Assembly (NCBI GenBank): GCA_030704615.1
Contig: CM060731.1
Location: 56,544,001 to 56,608,000, forward strand
Reading direction: 5' to 3'
Length of the DNA: 64,000 nt
DNA from: Takakia lepidozioides
Lineage: Eukaryota; Plantae; Bryophyta
Below are positions 1 to 13,847 of this stretch, in pieces. How positions within the stretch are numbered: the first letter of the stretch is position 1; every line of letters starts with the position of its first letter. A program made the position numbers and the translations under genes. The notes beneath the pieces are model-generated. The model did no database searches. It saw only the letters and a program-made list of their open reading frames with translations, and was not told the origin of the DNA.

Positions 1-146
1 GTTGAGCAAGTGATTAAAGAGTTCGATCGTTTACTAGTTAGTTACGCCGAGAGGAGCTCAAATGTCAAATGGGCCAGCTGCGTATGCTGAACGTACAGAT
101 ACATAAATCGTGCAAGCTTGGTTAATAGACGATGAAGTGCTTGTAC

Positions 147-312
147 CATAGATGAAGGGAGCTGTTTTCCAACCGCCGGTCGTCGCCTTATCAGCAGGCC
201 GCCCTCTCCAGTCCACAGACCCGTCTTCTGTGGTCCCCTTGACTGCCGATCTTGCATCTGGTACTTTTTTGTAATCCATATTCTCATCATCATCCAGGTC
301 CGCCTGATGCAT
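147..312 (-). CDS. NPF (NRT1/PTR) nitrate/peptide transporter, first coding exon; gene continues beyond window start
   Basis: Translation DGSVDWRGRPADKATTGGWKTAPFIYG matches the typical NPF N-terminal motif; phase-1 donor TATG|GTACAA at 147/146, where NPF genes usually have their first intron. Confidence 0.88.
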
Positions 313-2905
313 ATGCGCAGACCGAAGGGGTTAATATGATCTGCTGATGCGGACTCTAAGAAATTCGGTGATTTTCAGGGTTCCATACATTGTTTGCGAG
401 CTCAGTTGCCAGCACATTAACAGAGCTGCCGGCCAAAGCGTGTGAGTAGTGAGTACCAGCTGTCAGATCTAATCGTAAGGAGGGAGTAGCATGGATATAG
501 GAGCATCAAAATCGACCTTCAGAGACAAAAAAGGCTTAAAGACCTAGAGTTTTAAGAACCTGTACATAGACTAGAGTTCACTACAGATCCTCTGCCCACT
601 TCTTAACATCTGGAACTAGCTTGAAAGTTCTCATACATACGTATATGCTTGAAGCTTGAACAAGTCTTACTACTACTAAACTAGTTAAAACTTACCTATA
701 TAGATCTATGAGTTCATCAAGATCAGCAGAGTGGAAGACTCGGTACACACTTCAGTAGTTTAGGTCCATGGATTTGTTGTACAAATTTACATATGAGTTC
801 AATTATAAATGCGAACTCCCCTACTTGTTCAACTGTGTCCTGTCCTCCAGCGTGGCGTAACGTGCGTCTTTGAACAAAGGAAGCTCGGTTACCACTTGAT
901 GGCTGTATATGCACCATGTTTGTTGCTGATTTACATCCTAGTCTAAGCCCATGTATAATTCAAACGTTATAGACTTTAATAGCGGTGCAAGTGTACCGCT
1001 GGCAGCAAAGTCTAGTTAGAATAGAATACTGAAACTTGTATGTTCACGAGATGTCATGGACAATTAGATAGAGAGCGAGATACATCGTGCCCGGCTTGTC
1101 AGCATTAAGGGTAGATTGTATGTAACTGTTTTGAACATCTGGAATCTACGGAAAGGAACTCTTACCGTCGTGGGTCCAACATAGGGTATGCAGCCAGCAC
1201 AAAATGCCATCTTTAACAGAAGTTCCTCAAGTCGAGCTCCTCTGCGTGTTTGTCTATCTCTCTCAGTCCAAGCGCGCCAACTTGCAAGCCTCTCTTACCG
1301 CTATCTACCTGCCTCGCTTTCAGCTCGATCTGCAACCAGATGTGCAGGAGAGCTGCCTGTACTCTCAAGTCCCAAATCGAGAGCCTTCTGAATTATCGGC
1401 CTGCCAGGACATAAATCTCCCCCAACTCTGTAATCAGCTCAGTTCAGGAGTCGCCCTGTCAATCTCTTCCTCTCACCACCTCAATCCTCGACTAAACTTA
1501 GGCTCCTGGGCAAACACTCTCAACCTCTTGCTGATTACAACCACCTTCGGGCATGGAAGTCGGCAATACTGATCGATGCTGAGACCAGTCTGCGAGGTGT
1601 GTGAGGGAGAGTAGGTGGGGTTCTGGAAGTCGAAGGTCTTATAAGGACATGAGAGCCTAGCTGCGTATGCGACCGCCGCCCTCACGTCAGCGTTGTCACA
1701 AGTTAGGACTCAAAGTGCACATTTTGTGTAGTCTACGCACTGCTCCAGTAAGACGATGGAAGCTCAAACTCCTCAATTGTAAATTGACTACACTGGCTCC
1801 TGGACACAATCATTGTTTTTCTTTTTCTTTTCTCTTCCTTTTTCCCCTTTCCTTCGAGGAACCTTTCCTCTCCTCTACAGTTGTCCCTTGTGGTTTTCTC
1901 TTGATAAAGCACTCGAGGGTTGTGTTCAAACACAGGGCCCACCCGAACTGACATCTTTCAGACAAATCAGAAATGACAAGAGAAGTGACACCTTGTCAGT
2001 GTCATTGGAAATTTAGGTGGTACTGTATGAGGATTCAACGGCGCAGTGACAAGAGGAAGTGAGATTTGTGAAAGAATGAAGATCGGCAGTGCAGCGCACC
2101 TGTAAAGCATGCCGCTTTGACCATGGACCCTCAAGTGAGCTCACCCCTCGACCTTCAATCCCACACTGCTGCACACTTTTCAACCTCTCCTTAATATCCG
2201 AGGCCGAGATAACTTAGATGTGACTACGTTGTGGAAATAAAAAGTCGAGAGGTCAAAGTGGGTATGCGTCACAACGTGGACTGCCATCGCTGCTCTCTGC
2301 CACCGAACCTTCTCGCATCCCGACTTCGTGCTTCTCAACCCTCCCGCTTACCCATCTACCTAGTGCCTCAGCGTTCCCGAGCAGAATGGATCTTTCAACG
2401 GCACGCTTGAAACACTGGTAGGTAGGTAGGTAGGTAGCAGCGGGAGTAGAGTGTTGCTGCAGAGTGAAGGCGGGCTGCTCGATCTAGAAGCCCGCCTGTT
2501 CTGACTCACGCAGATGAGGATGGATGAGAGTCATCGCTTCTTGTGGCATTCATTAGCCGGCAGAGTGGACACGTGATCTCGTAGGGCTGACCTTACTAGT
2601 AGGGGCAGGCAGCGGGCAGGAAGCCGGCAGGAAGCCGGCAGGCCATGAAAGGAATATAAGCCAAGTCCTTTCCCAGATCAGGAATTCCACTTCCTCCAAT
2701 TTTATTTTTTACTTTTTTGAGAAAGGGAAATACCAATTCCTCCAATTTGTATTTTGCTGGCCATGATAAAAGGGCATTCTCCTGGAAGTCCCATAAATCA
2801 CCTATCTGTTTTCTATGCAGCTTTTCCGCTGGCTCACTGGATGAAGACCCCGGAACCTTCCTCCTCCAAACTTCTCTTTGGTGTTTTTTTTTTCTGGCGA
2901 AAAAT

Positions 2906-2970
2906 CGCCAGATTTCGACCTGGAAAATCGGTCAGCTACTTGTACAAAGGAATTATGGGGGGTAAAATCC
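2906..2970. repeat. Dispersed repeat, copy 1 (short TE-derived segment)
   Basis: CGCCAGATTTCGACCTGGAAAATCGGTCAGCTACTTGTACAAAGGAATTATGGGGGGTAAAATCC recurs almost identically at 52998-53062. Confidence 0.75.
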
Positions 2971-4285
2971 GGTATTTTCGCCAAAAAGCACCAGCAGATG
3001 AATATCAGGAGCCTAATTTTCCAACGTGGACCAGTTAAAACGTGCCACCTGGAATTAGCCACTTTTCTAACCCTGTCACATTGTTATTCTCACCACATGG
3101 GCACTGGGTAGAATTCACAGGTGGCCCGGCCTGCGATTTGGAGGTCTTTCCTCTTTTCCTTGGAGTCCCTTTGTAAGTTGGTGGATCTCTGTAGTGGATC
3201 AGAGTAACCTTCTACTTCCTCTCAGGCAGCGATGATTGTTGGGCTCCAAAATGCTTCCGCCCTCAATGTTTTTATACAGTAATTGCTCTAGTTCCAATTA
3301 TTTTTGGTCCGGCACATTGAAATAAAATTGGGCTACAAGATACTCACTACTCACAAAGCTTTTGTCCGCTTCATCAACTTTAGATAAAGGCATGGCATAG
3401 TGTACACAAATCCACATCCTCCACCGCCACATAAAGCATATTATGTTGCTCAGTATTGCCCCAACAATTCTGCATTGCGGGCCAGGCTCAGCCCGGGCTT
3501 TTTCATAATCCGGGCATGGGCAGAGGAAATGTTTGAGCTTTGCCTTACAACAGGTAAAGTTCTTACGTTCTTACCCTCCAAATTTGCTGGATTTTCGAGG
3601 CTGCCCGCGGTGGGCCCCCGACTCTCCAATCGAGAGAAGTCCACTGGGACCAACTTGACCTCCTCACACGAGACTCTTTTGTGACCCATTTTGTAAGCCG
3701 GAAACTCTGACCCACAAGAACATTCCCGGATTTGCAGCCGTGGTGATGAAAATGCCGGGCGGAGGGCTGACGGGCTGGCCAGCATAATCAGCGATGGGGA
3801 AATGCCTGGGAGTTATTTAACGTGAAAAACTTCTGTCAACACTGCACATGGCTCTGCGTTGCTGATCCCGGTCGGTCTGGGGTTCAATCCCGTGTGGCTT
3901 CGTCTCCCTTCCAACTCGGGCTTTGTCCCCGCCTATGCCTCATGGCTTGCATAGAGGGAAAAAAGAACACAAATCACAAAGTAAAGAGTAATGATTTATA
4001 TAATAACCATATATAAAAAAGCACACAGATTATTAGGGCACAAGGCCACCTTAACGAAAGATCCTGGGTTCAAAGTCATATGAAAATGTCAACGATTAGC
4101 ACCAACCACCTAAATACATACCCCCGGCTTCTTGTGGGGGCCACATGGCTATTGCGCCGAGGGAAAATGTCCTTCATCCATCCACGAGCCTTACTTACTT
4201 TCCGGGACTGGGCTGGGCCGCCCCTTATAAGTGGCGTTGAATTTGATGCTAGGGTTTAAGTCAGCATAACTGGGGGGGTAAGAAC

Positions 4286-4772
4286 CAGTGTTGTGCGGGT
4301 CCGGGTTTTGACCCCGGGTGCCCGGCGGGTCCAGGTCCGGGTTATCCGGATCCGTACCCTGACCCGTGTAATCTCAAAAAACCCAGCCCGAGTCTAATTC
4401 TGAAATGAACCCGGACCCGGACCCCCTTGCTAGGTTTACCCAGTGGGCCAATATAGGGGTTCAGGGTCAGAGTTTTAACTTTATATGTAAAATTTGTTTT
4501 TAAGAATTAAGATGTGATATTTATTTGACATTTATATATTTAAATATGACAGAAAAAATAATTTTAATTAATCTCATTTTTCTAATTTATTTAATCAATG
4601 AATCAGGACCCAGATCGGAAATCGTGAACCCGTCAGATTTTTCCAGCAACTACTCGGACCTGGACCCGACTCAGTGTTCAAAACCCGGATCCGAACCCTG
4701 ATTTTCCAAATTTCAAAAACCCGGATCTGAACCAAGCGGGTTCCTTAAAAAGGCATAACCCGCACAACACTA
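4286..4772. mobile_element. hAT-type MITE
   Basis: TIRs CAGTGTTGTGCGGGT / ACCCGCACAACACTA (14/15); 8-bp TSD GTAAGAAC / GTAAAAAC; ACCCG/CCGGA subterminal repeats; AT-rich core. Confidence 0.85.
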
Positions 4773-4825
4773 GTAAAAACTTGAGTTTTAAAATGAGACA
4801 TTTTATGAGTTTTGCAGGTATTTTG

Positions 4826-5689
4826 CAGTGTTGGATGGATATTTGATTCTGCCTCAAACCCCCGACGGATCCCAACCCGGATATATATATGTGGATCTGC
4901 CGGAGGTCAAAAATTTAAATATCCACCTCAGTTTGGAACAGTCGGATATGAATAGCTCGGATAACCGGATCCGGTTGAGAATCTGTGGTCTTGTTTTCTT
5001 TTATATTTGTTTTGATCCAGAACTAGTGGCCCATAATAGTCAGGTTACGAACCTTTATATCCGCCCTTTAATCAGAGGTTACTAACAGGGTTATATGGTT
5101 AAATAAACAATGTGGTATGAGCTTTTTTGTCTTAAAAAAGTGGCCAGATGATGACTGGGTTGCATGTCTCCAAAGACATGTAGCCATCTCAATTAAACAG
5201 AGGAAAATTTGGTAGACAAGCTTGAGGAGGAATTTGAGGATGAGGTAGAGAGGGAAGAATTTCCCGCATTGCATGTTTGTATATGAGAGAATTGGGGTTG
5301 AATAACGTTGATGAACACCTCAAATATGTTCAAATGTGATATAATTTAGGTCAGATTATTGTTCAGTTCCTAATGAAACTCTGTGATAGAAATAACTGTT
5401 ATTATTTTTCATTAGTATTTTTACATCAGATTTTACTTTTTGGTTTATTTTACATCATTAAAATACACCATGACTTGTTTGATAACCGGATATTGAACCG
5501 CGGGACCCCTAGAGAGAAAGTCTATTTGTCCATAACCGCATAGGCTTAAATTTTATATTTATTGTTAACCGGCAGGATATCAAAAATGAGAAAGCTCCAA
5601 AACTCCGGAACCGGAGGATGTGAATACAAAGTTAGTGAAACATCAGTAACCGCCTGATATCAAAAAAATCAAATAACCACCCAACACTG
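4826..5689. mobile_element. hAT-type non-autonomous element
   Basis: ~25-bp TIRs CAGTGTTGGATGGATATTTGATTCT vs revcomp CAGTGTTGGGTGGTTATTTGATTTT; perfect 8-bp TSD GTATTTTG (4818-4825 and 5690-5697). Confidence 0.9.
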
Positions 5690-8600
5690 GTATTTTGACC
5701 AGAGCACCAAGGCTAGTATGGAATCAGGTGCCAATAGGGTGCGCGGCCAGGGACTGGCCCACCGTCTCGGGTACCCCCATGTACGGTGCTACCTCCCGCC
5801 CGTCAATGCCCCGGGCGGCCCCCTCCAGAACGACGCTCGTGTCCAGCTGGACAGATCTGCCACGAACAGCCGCTGGATATTTGGAGGAACTGAGGGCCAT
5901 TACCGCGTCACCGTTACAAACTGTACGTCTCGCCAACGTGCTGGTCTTTTGCTTCTCCGTCAGAATGCCCGCGTAGGGAGCAGAATGTCGGAGAATGCGG
6001 GCGGGCATTCCGTACTGCCCGGCGTGTACCGTGAGTGCCCTGGGGCGGGGGCAAATATTATATTCGAGGCCCACGATCCAACGTCCGGGAAGTTGAACCA
6101 GCCAGTAGCCGCTCATTCCCAGCAGCAATCGGCTAAGTGGGTTGGGCAGTCGGTTGCTGCCCCTTAGTGGTAACTATACCCGGTCAATTTCCGAGATAAA
6201 TTCTTTACAACAGCTAATATTCCTAATGATTTATTTTGTGTTCAGCTATAAATCCGGCCCTTATAAATATCAACCGGTTGACTACACAAGTGTCAAATGC
6301 AACAATAAGTAAATAATAATAATAAATCACAACCAGTTTTAAGCAATTCAAACAAGTGAAGAACATTGTATCCTTATAGAAGTTGGACCTGTCAATGCCT
6401 TCAAAGCCAAGAATTGAACCCGCGTGGACAGGTGAGCTGTGATAGCAGGCAGCGAGTGCAAGCAGGCGCTGGGGGCTGCGAGAGCAACGTCCAGACTTAA
6501 GTTAGTAGGGTTTGCCCGGGCCGCCCTCTTGAGTTCAATATTTTTTCACCTAAACGCCCTTCCTCGGATGTAACCCGGCCTGGCACGTTGGATTTCTACC
6601 ATGTGGTGGACTTCGACGGCCATTTCCGTTTTTTGTAATATAAGAAGGGCCGGAATCCGTCCAGGCCTTGCCAACTAAGGCAGATTTCCCGTCTGTAATG
6701 AAATGGAAAGGCAAATATCCTTCCTAAAAGTAGGGCACCCGGTTGATTTCCGCCTCGGCCATTTTTTTTCCCTTGGATCCATTTCCTGAGGATTCATATT
6801 TCATTCGGAAATTCTGGAATTCAGTCGGCTAGCATGTAACTGGCTGCCAGTTCTCCCCGGACGTTGGGCACGTGGGTTTTGCATGCCACGGGAAAATGGC
6901 GAGTGCCGTGGGCCCGGATGTGCACTCCCGATTTAGAGAACGCGACCGATTCCAAGTGTGGGAATGCGGGGAGAGAGCGATCCGAGGGTGGCGTTTGGCG
7001 GGTAAAAGTAAAGATGTTGGATGACTAGGTGGCAGTAGGGCGGATGTGGGGTGGAGTTGAAATGGGTCGGAGGGCAGCGATGGCGGTCAGCTGTGCGGGA
7101 ACGATTTTGATGAAGAAAGGCAGAAGCTGGAAGAAGTGAAGCTGATTCTGGGAGAGTCCATCCTTTCCACTCTCTGGAACTTGATTGTAAGCTCCACTTT
7201 TGCATTGCAAAATCCCAGAAGCAATGTGCACTTGGATGTGTCTGTTGTCTAGCAGTGAGGGTTGCAGCGGGCAGTCCGCTGAGCAACGAATGTTTGCAAC
7301 CGAGGGTGAGGATGGTGGGCAGCATGTGTCATTGAACTAGGCCTCTGAAAGTTGCAAATTTGATTAATGGATGGAAGAGACGGTGGGAAGAAGATTAGGA
7401 AACCCTTGCTCACTCGTTGAGCATTGCATTCGTTTCAGTTTGGTTGTAGTTTGTCAGCACCCGCTCTCGGAGGGATTTGCTGACTGCCGTCTGACTTCGG
7501 TTATCAGCGACAGCGTATGAAAGCTTGGTGTACGGAACCTTAAAAGTATGGTAGGAATGACTACCTTTTTAAGTATGGGCTACTTCAGGGTACTTCCCCC
7601 TGACTACCTATAACCCTGTATTCAAGCGACTTGCGACGGTTTTTTTTCGCACTTTAGTCTTTCTAGGGTAGGATCATTGGAAGCTTTGAGTGCCTGTAAA
7701 CTTCAAAGAAAGCATCTTCCTGTGCATGGTTGGATGCGTTCCGAGGTACGTGAATTAACGACCATGCCCACAGGTACAAATGATTCGATCAGAATGTGTC
7801 TCAAATCGGTTATTTCATGTCAAGCTTCTGCCGTCGTATGAACCTGACCTCCAGTATCTTCCAATCTTCTAATCGACACATGGGGCGTGTCATGGTTGAT
7901 AGGTAGTCCTGCAAAGCGTACCATCACCGCTTGGTTATGGTATGGAGTCCAGGCAGCCTTGTGTTTGGTACAGCACAACTGTGTGCAGTGCTATATGGGC
8001 ATGTGAGTTTTAAGGCTCACCATAAGACCCATGAATGGCAACAGCTCCACATGGCCTGAGCAGGGTTTGTCTAGAACCCCCAATATACCGTAGCCTGCAA
8101 ACTCCAGAACTTGGATGTAAAATTAGCCTCTTTGAGGACCTTGGGCTCAAAGGTTCGAACAAGAAAAATGATCATTTAACAGGTTTAGAGGACTGCAACT
8201 CACTATTATATGGATATGGAGTTCTGGGTCCCATTTACTGCAGGATTGTCACCATTCATGCTTCAGTGATTAAAATGGATTTACTTGAATTCATAAACTC
8301 GTTATAGCTGCAGACATTACCCCAGTGCCGGAGCTGCAATGGGAGCCAGAAGACATCTCAAAGGAAAGGCACGGCTTGTTGCAAGAGAGGTAATGTCCAC
8401 ATCCAGTTATCACTTTCACTCTTTTGGTTTCCTGGATGCACTGGCTGCAGTCTGTGCTGAATATGTAGATCCTGTACCTTATATTTCATTCTCGCATCCA
8501 CAGAACTGCATGCCAGTGTACTTAACTGTGGCACATTGGGAGAAGGTTGGAGGGATAGTTGCTGGTGGAGGACACATGCCTCTGCTTTAATGCATTGAAA

Positions 8601-9329
8601 GGGCTTCCAGGTGCTGTTCGCCTCTTGCCTTCCTTCTCTTTTGTATTGCTTGAGAGTACCTCGCCTAAGAGAGATGGTTTCTTCATTTTTACTTCTTCTT
8701 GATCCTCTATAGGGAAATACAAGCCTATTTCTCATCCAGTACATATCTTCCAGCCATCTTTTTCTCTATGAGCACCCATTTTCTACTGCATTATGCAATT
8801 CCAAGCGAACTCAATTGAGATCTCTTGCTCTTTCCTCACCTCTCTCGACAAGTATAGTCCCTGTCCCTTTCAACCCCAACAGTAGAGCCAGGCTCTACTA
8901 TTTTTTGGAGTAGAGAGAAGGGAAAAGCTATACTTGGGGCCTTTTCAGATTTGGCAAACACCTGGTGTTCGCACCTGTCTGCCACAGCAACGTGCATTTT
9001 GAATTAGTGTTTCACACTATGAACAGCAGCCCTGCGACAACAGGTTGCTGAGCTGGTAGCAGGGTGGTGCACAGAGCTGCTTTTTAGACTTGCTCTTCAG
9101 AAAATTTCCAAGGGTGTCCCAAACAAGAGCTGGAGCTGCTTGTGCCCATGTGTCATGTTTTCAACAATCTTTCCGCTCTCCCTTCACTCTTTTGTCACTC
9201 TTTTTTCTCTTCATTTGGTTCCCCTCCTTTTGGCACTCCCCTTCCCCTCTCTATCATTGAAGTGACCTGTGGAGTGATCACTAACAATGTCATTCCTCAC
9301 TCCCTTTCTCAACAGTTTGTGTGCCAATT

Positions 9330-11941
9330 GTGCTCTCTCTCTTTTCCTAAAGGATCGGGTCAATCTGTCCAACTCATCGTAGATCTCCTTCCTTTGTGAT
9401 CGAGATCCGTCTTCACAAAGAAAGTGTGCACCCTGTTCTTTACCTCACTCAGCTGCATCCTGAGTGCTGTTTCTCATTCCCGCTCTCCATCACTTTCCTC
9501 GTTGTTGCTATATCATCCCACCTGCATGGTAAACATTTAACAGCAGCACATGTACTGCAGCATTTTGTGGTTTCAACTAAAGAACACATTTCGCAGCACG
9601 TTCTGCTAGCTCGACATTGTCATGGATCCTGCAGGCACCAAGTAAGGCCCGCCACATTGCAGCGTCTGGCCGAGACGAGATTTTGTTGATGAAGTCCTCT
9701 GCCTCATCCAGGTGCCCTGCACGCCCAAGAAGGTCCACTACACAACCATAGTGCTTGCGTGTTGGAGATATGCTATGATCTCGACACATGGAACAGAAGT
9801 ACTGATAGCCTTCCTCCACCAGGCCGGCATAGTTGCATGCAGAAAGAACACCAATATATACGACATTGTCAGCTGTCACTCCTTCGCGTTGCATCTGGTC
9901 GAACAGTTGGAGGGCCTCCTTGCCATGCCCATGCCGAGCATAGGCCGTGATCATTGCAGTCCATGAGACTACATCTCGTGCATGAATATTCCTGAAGACC
10001 TTCCATGCATGCAAAATACTCCCGCACTTGGCATACATGTCAACAAGGGCAGTCCCAACAGAGACATCTGACTTGCATCCAGATTTCAGGATGTGAGCAT
10101 GCACCAGCTTTCCATATTCCAGAGCCGTTAGTCTGGCACAGGTCTTGAGGATGGTAACAAACGTGACCTTGTTTGCACACAAGTGACCTCCTTGCTCACT
10201 TGTGACCTCCTTGCTCGTGCATTTGCAGAAAGAACTGAAACGGCTCTCGACCACATCGTTCCTGAGCAAGTCCTGCAATCATCACATTCCATGAGAACAC
10301 ATTTCGTTTAGGCATATCCAAGAAAAGCCTGCGTGCGTCCACCACGCTGCCGCACCTGCAATACATGCTCACGAGGGCATTACCGACCCAGACATCTGAC
10401 TGAAATGCAGCTTCAACAATGTCCAAATGGAGCCTCTTGCCCTCAGTCAGAGCTTCTGGGCTCACACATGCCTTGAGGATGCTGATGTAAGTGACCCTGT
10501 CGGGCTTGATGTCTACCCGTTGCATTTGACGAAAGAGCTCCAATGCTTGTGCACCATGCCCTTGCTCATTCAATCCTGCGATCATCACATTCCACGAGAT
10601 TACACTCCTTTCTGGCATGTTTTCAAATACTTCCCGTGCATGCTGCACATTTCCACACCTGCAATACATGCTCGTAAGGGCAGTCCCAACTCGGACATCT
10701 GTCTCCATTCCAGCTTTGATTATCATCTCATGAAAACGTTTGCCCTGATCGAGAGCTGCTGGGCTGGAACAAGCATTGAGGATGCTCATGAAGGTGACCT
10801 TGTCCGCTTTCACCCCTTCTTTGTGCATTTGTTGAAAATGTTTAAATGCCTCCGCACAAAGCCCCTCTTGAGAAAATCCTGCAATCATGGTATTCCATGA
10901 GATGACATCTCGTTCGGGGATTTTGACAAACACTTGCCACGCATTTACCACACTCCTACACTTGCAATACATGCTGACAAGTGCATTCCCCACTCGGACA
11001 TCCTTCTCAAATCCAGCTTCGATAATGCAAACATGGACCCGCTTGCCCTGTTCCAGGGCTGCTGGGCTGGCACAAGCGTTGAGGATGCTGATGAAGGTGA
11101 TCTTATTTTGCTTCACTCCCTCCCTTTGCATTTGCCAAAAGAGTTCAAATGCCTCTGCACCACGCCCGTCCCGCGCAAATCCTGCGATCATTGCATTCCA
11201 TGAGACTATATTTCGTTCGGGCATTTGGAGGAACAGTTGGAAGGCCTCCACCGTACTCCTGCATTTGCAATACATGCTGACAATGGCATTGCCCACTCGG
11301 ACATCTGATTCGAAACCAGCTTTAATAATGTCTGCATGGACACGCTTGCCCTGTCTCAGCGCATCTGGGCCGCCACATGCATTCAGGATGCTAATGAAAG
11401 TGACCTTGTCCGCATTCACGCCTTCTCGTTGCATTCGCCAAAAGAGTTCGAATGCATCATGCCCTTCTTGAGCTAGGCCTGCTATCATCGTATTCCATGA
11501 GACCACGTTCCGATCAGGCATTTTTTCAAACGCTTGACGGGCATCCACAACGCCCCCGCACTTCAAATACGTGTTAACAATATTGTTTCCTATGAATATA
11601 TTCGGCTGTAACCCGCTTTTAATGATGTGGGCATGGACTCTCTTGGCCTCTGCTAGGACTTTCGCTTGGCAGCACCCCTGCAAGAGACGAGCATAGAGCT
11701 TGGAGAACGTCGCCTGGTGCTCCGTCGAATCCAGAATGTGCATTGCCTTCTTGGATCGTCCCTCTTTGCGCGGTGCACTGACATCCCTACTATCTCCACA
11801 AGTTTCCTTGCTGCTTTTCTTCCCAAATTGCCTTCGCCCTCCATTATAAGGCCGGCTACTGATTGTGTTCGTGCCAATACGATCTGCTGCCAATTGATGC
11901 CAAGCAAACAGTTGGGCCTCATTCCAGACATGAAGGACCAC
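9330..11941 (-). pseudogene. PLS-class PPR protein, E1-E2-E+ subgroup (organellar RNA-editing factor type), disrupted
   Basis: About 20 L/S/P motifs (e.g. DKVTFISILNAC, VGNALVSMYCKC, NVVSWNTMIAG) then L2-S2-E1 (HYGCVVDLLGRAG, MWRALLGACRIH); frameshift at ~10200, in-frame TAG at 9577-9579, further shifts in E2/E+ (LKPQNAAVHVLL..., EVKNRVHTFF, KEIYDELDRL); no DYW seen. Confidence 0.9.
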
Positions 11942-12737
11942 CGCTCTGCATGATAGACAATCTCAAGCTTAATCCCTCCGAAACGAGGACGCGGTTCTGA
12001 CTTGTCACTTGTTCTATTCAGAATACAGACAAGGGGAGTGGATTGAGAACATACCTGGGATTCCAAATTTGTCTTGGGAATTCCATAGCTCAGTTACCTA
12101 CGGCTCATTCTTGAGCACTGGTGGGTGTGGAGAAGCATGGTGAGATTCATTTTGTCGAGAGGGCATCAGATACATTTTTGAGACGCAAAACCGAGTCTTT
12201 GAAACGACAACTGCAGCTCGGATGCCAGGTCGCCATCGTCATTTCTCTCTCGCAACATTTTCTTTCTTGTATCTCTGCCATTGCAATGGTGGCCGGTCGG
12301 CCGTTGCACCTTCATCCAGTCCTCTACAGATGGAAATGAGTTGTGCATCAAAAGCCACGTGAAGTTTTTTATGCGTTGCTTATCTTCCATTTTTGCATTC
12401 AGGGTGTTTGCAGTCAGTCTTTCTTCCTGAAATTCCCTCCTTGGACTTACATGATCTTGTAGTGATAAACTTATGTCCAAGAAAACTTCAACTTATGCTT
12501 CATCTGGCCAAAAATCTTGTGCAATTTAAGGATAGTATATCTCAGATTCTATAATCTCGAACAGCCAGAACAGCTAACGTGGCTCTGAGCTTGGGACTTG
12601 ACGAGTTCAAAGTCAGCATGCCTCATACTAGATACCCCAACAAGATGACCGATCCGTTCTTGGAAGCAAGACTACAGCCAAGTCCTTCGCAGGACAACTC
12701 ATGCGTAAGACTCAAGTGGTCGAGTAGATTTTCAAGT

Positions 12738-13029
12738 TATTGAAATGATAGATAATCTCATCCATAATTCTAGGTTTCATCCGATATAGTGAATAGACAC
12801 AACTCTTGAAGTATCAAGGATTAGGGTTACACCAATTGGTCAACTGGAAGGTTACGACGGTTACTTTGAACAGTTGTAGCCAAGTTCTTTGTCTTCTTCG
12901 TTTAGAGAAGAAGTGTAATTATTATTGTACAGAAGAATATCTAGATCAATGTTTTTCCACACTCTCTCTCATGACATGCAATAATGTATGAGAGTAGATC
13001 CTGTGTAATTTGTTACATGGTATCGGAGC
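12738..13029 (+). mobile_element. Degenerate LTR end plus tRNA-iMet primer-binding site (Copia-like remnant)
   Basis: ...TTGTTACA followed directly by TGGTATCGGAGC (13018-13029); left LTR boundary uncertain. Confidence 0.5.
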
Positions 13030-13490
13030 TAGATTAGAGAAAAAGATAGAGATGAGCATTCTCTTTCTAATAAGATGGTGTGCACTAATTGTTGGATCAG
13101 GCTAGTACCACAACCAAGTGGAACTGCTTACCCTTCTATTTTGATATCTCTTAATCCTCAATCATATTGATGAAGGACTCGGAAAGATAAGAGAATGAAC
13201 ACAATCCACATGAGAATATTGCATCTATGTTTTCTTTGAATCTACTAGAGAATGAGCTCACCATTGAGAATTTGGTTAAGAATATACAACCTTCTCTGTT
13301 GCATCCACACAGGCTGTGGCTAGACGATGCAGCCACAAAACCAATCAGACGACCACACATGCTACAGAGAGAGGAGGAAGCAGGGGCTCGCCTGAGAGGG
13401 CTCGGCTTTAGTTGGCACGGGCTGTGAGCAAGACAAGGGGATCTCCTGCTGGAGCTTCAGCTTGGCCATACGAGACATTGGACGCGTCCC

Positions 13491-13847
13491 GTGGTACAAA
13501 GGTTTGAGTTTGCGCCGCGGTTTGGAAGTGGGGTTCCTCTCAGGAGAGCTGTGGACGTACCCGCACTCGGCCTTGGGCATGGTTATAATCGGATGGTAAC
13601 GGTCGGCTCAGCTGTACACGACGACATATACACAATTACAATCAGAGTGGAGCCGACCTGCAATTGTACGGACTTCTCGTTGATGGAAGCAAAGAAGGGG
13701 ACAAAGTATTATCCGTGCAAGCATCTGTATTACATTTACATGAAGAGGTTGAGGATGAACTTGACTATTGATGACTTTGTTCATGCACCAGCGTTGAGCG
13801 TGAACGAGCTGCACAAACTCCTCCACCGGGATTCCAGAAATCATTGA
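13491..13847 (+). pseudogene. SWIM zinc-finger domain fragment, probably TE-derived
   Basis: YTITIRVEPTCNCTDF...PCKHLYYI matches the SWIM CxC...CxH signature; no intact upstream ORF. Confidence 0.65.

Noticed and set aside
9290-9580. DYW deaminase domain after E+
   Set aside because: No HSE, CxxC or DYW-like motif was found downstream in any frame.
10427-11471. Plus-strand ORFs of 157-194 aa
   Set aside because: Antisense shadows of the PPR repeats.
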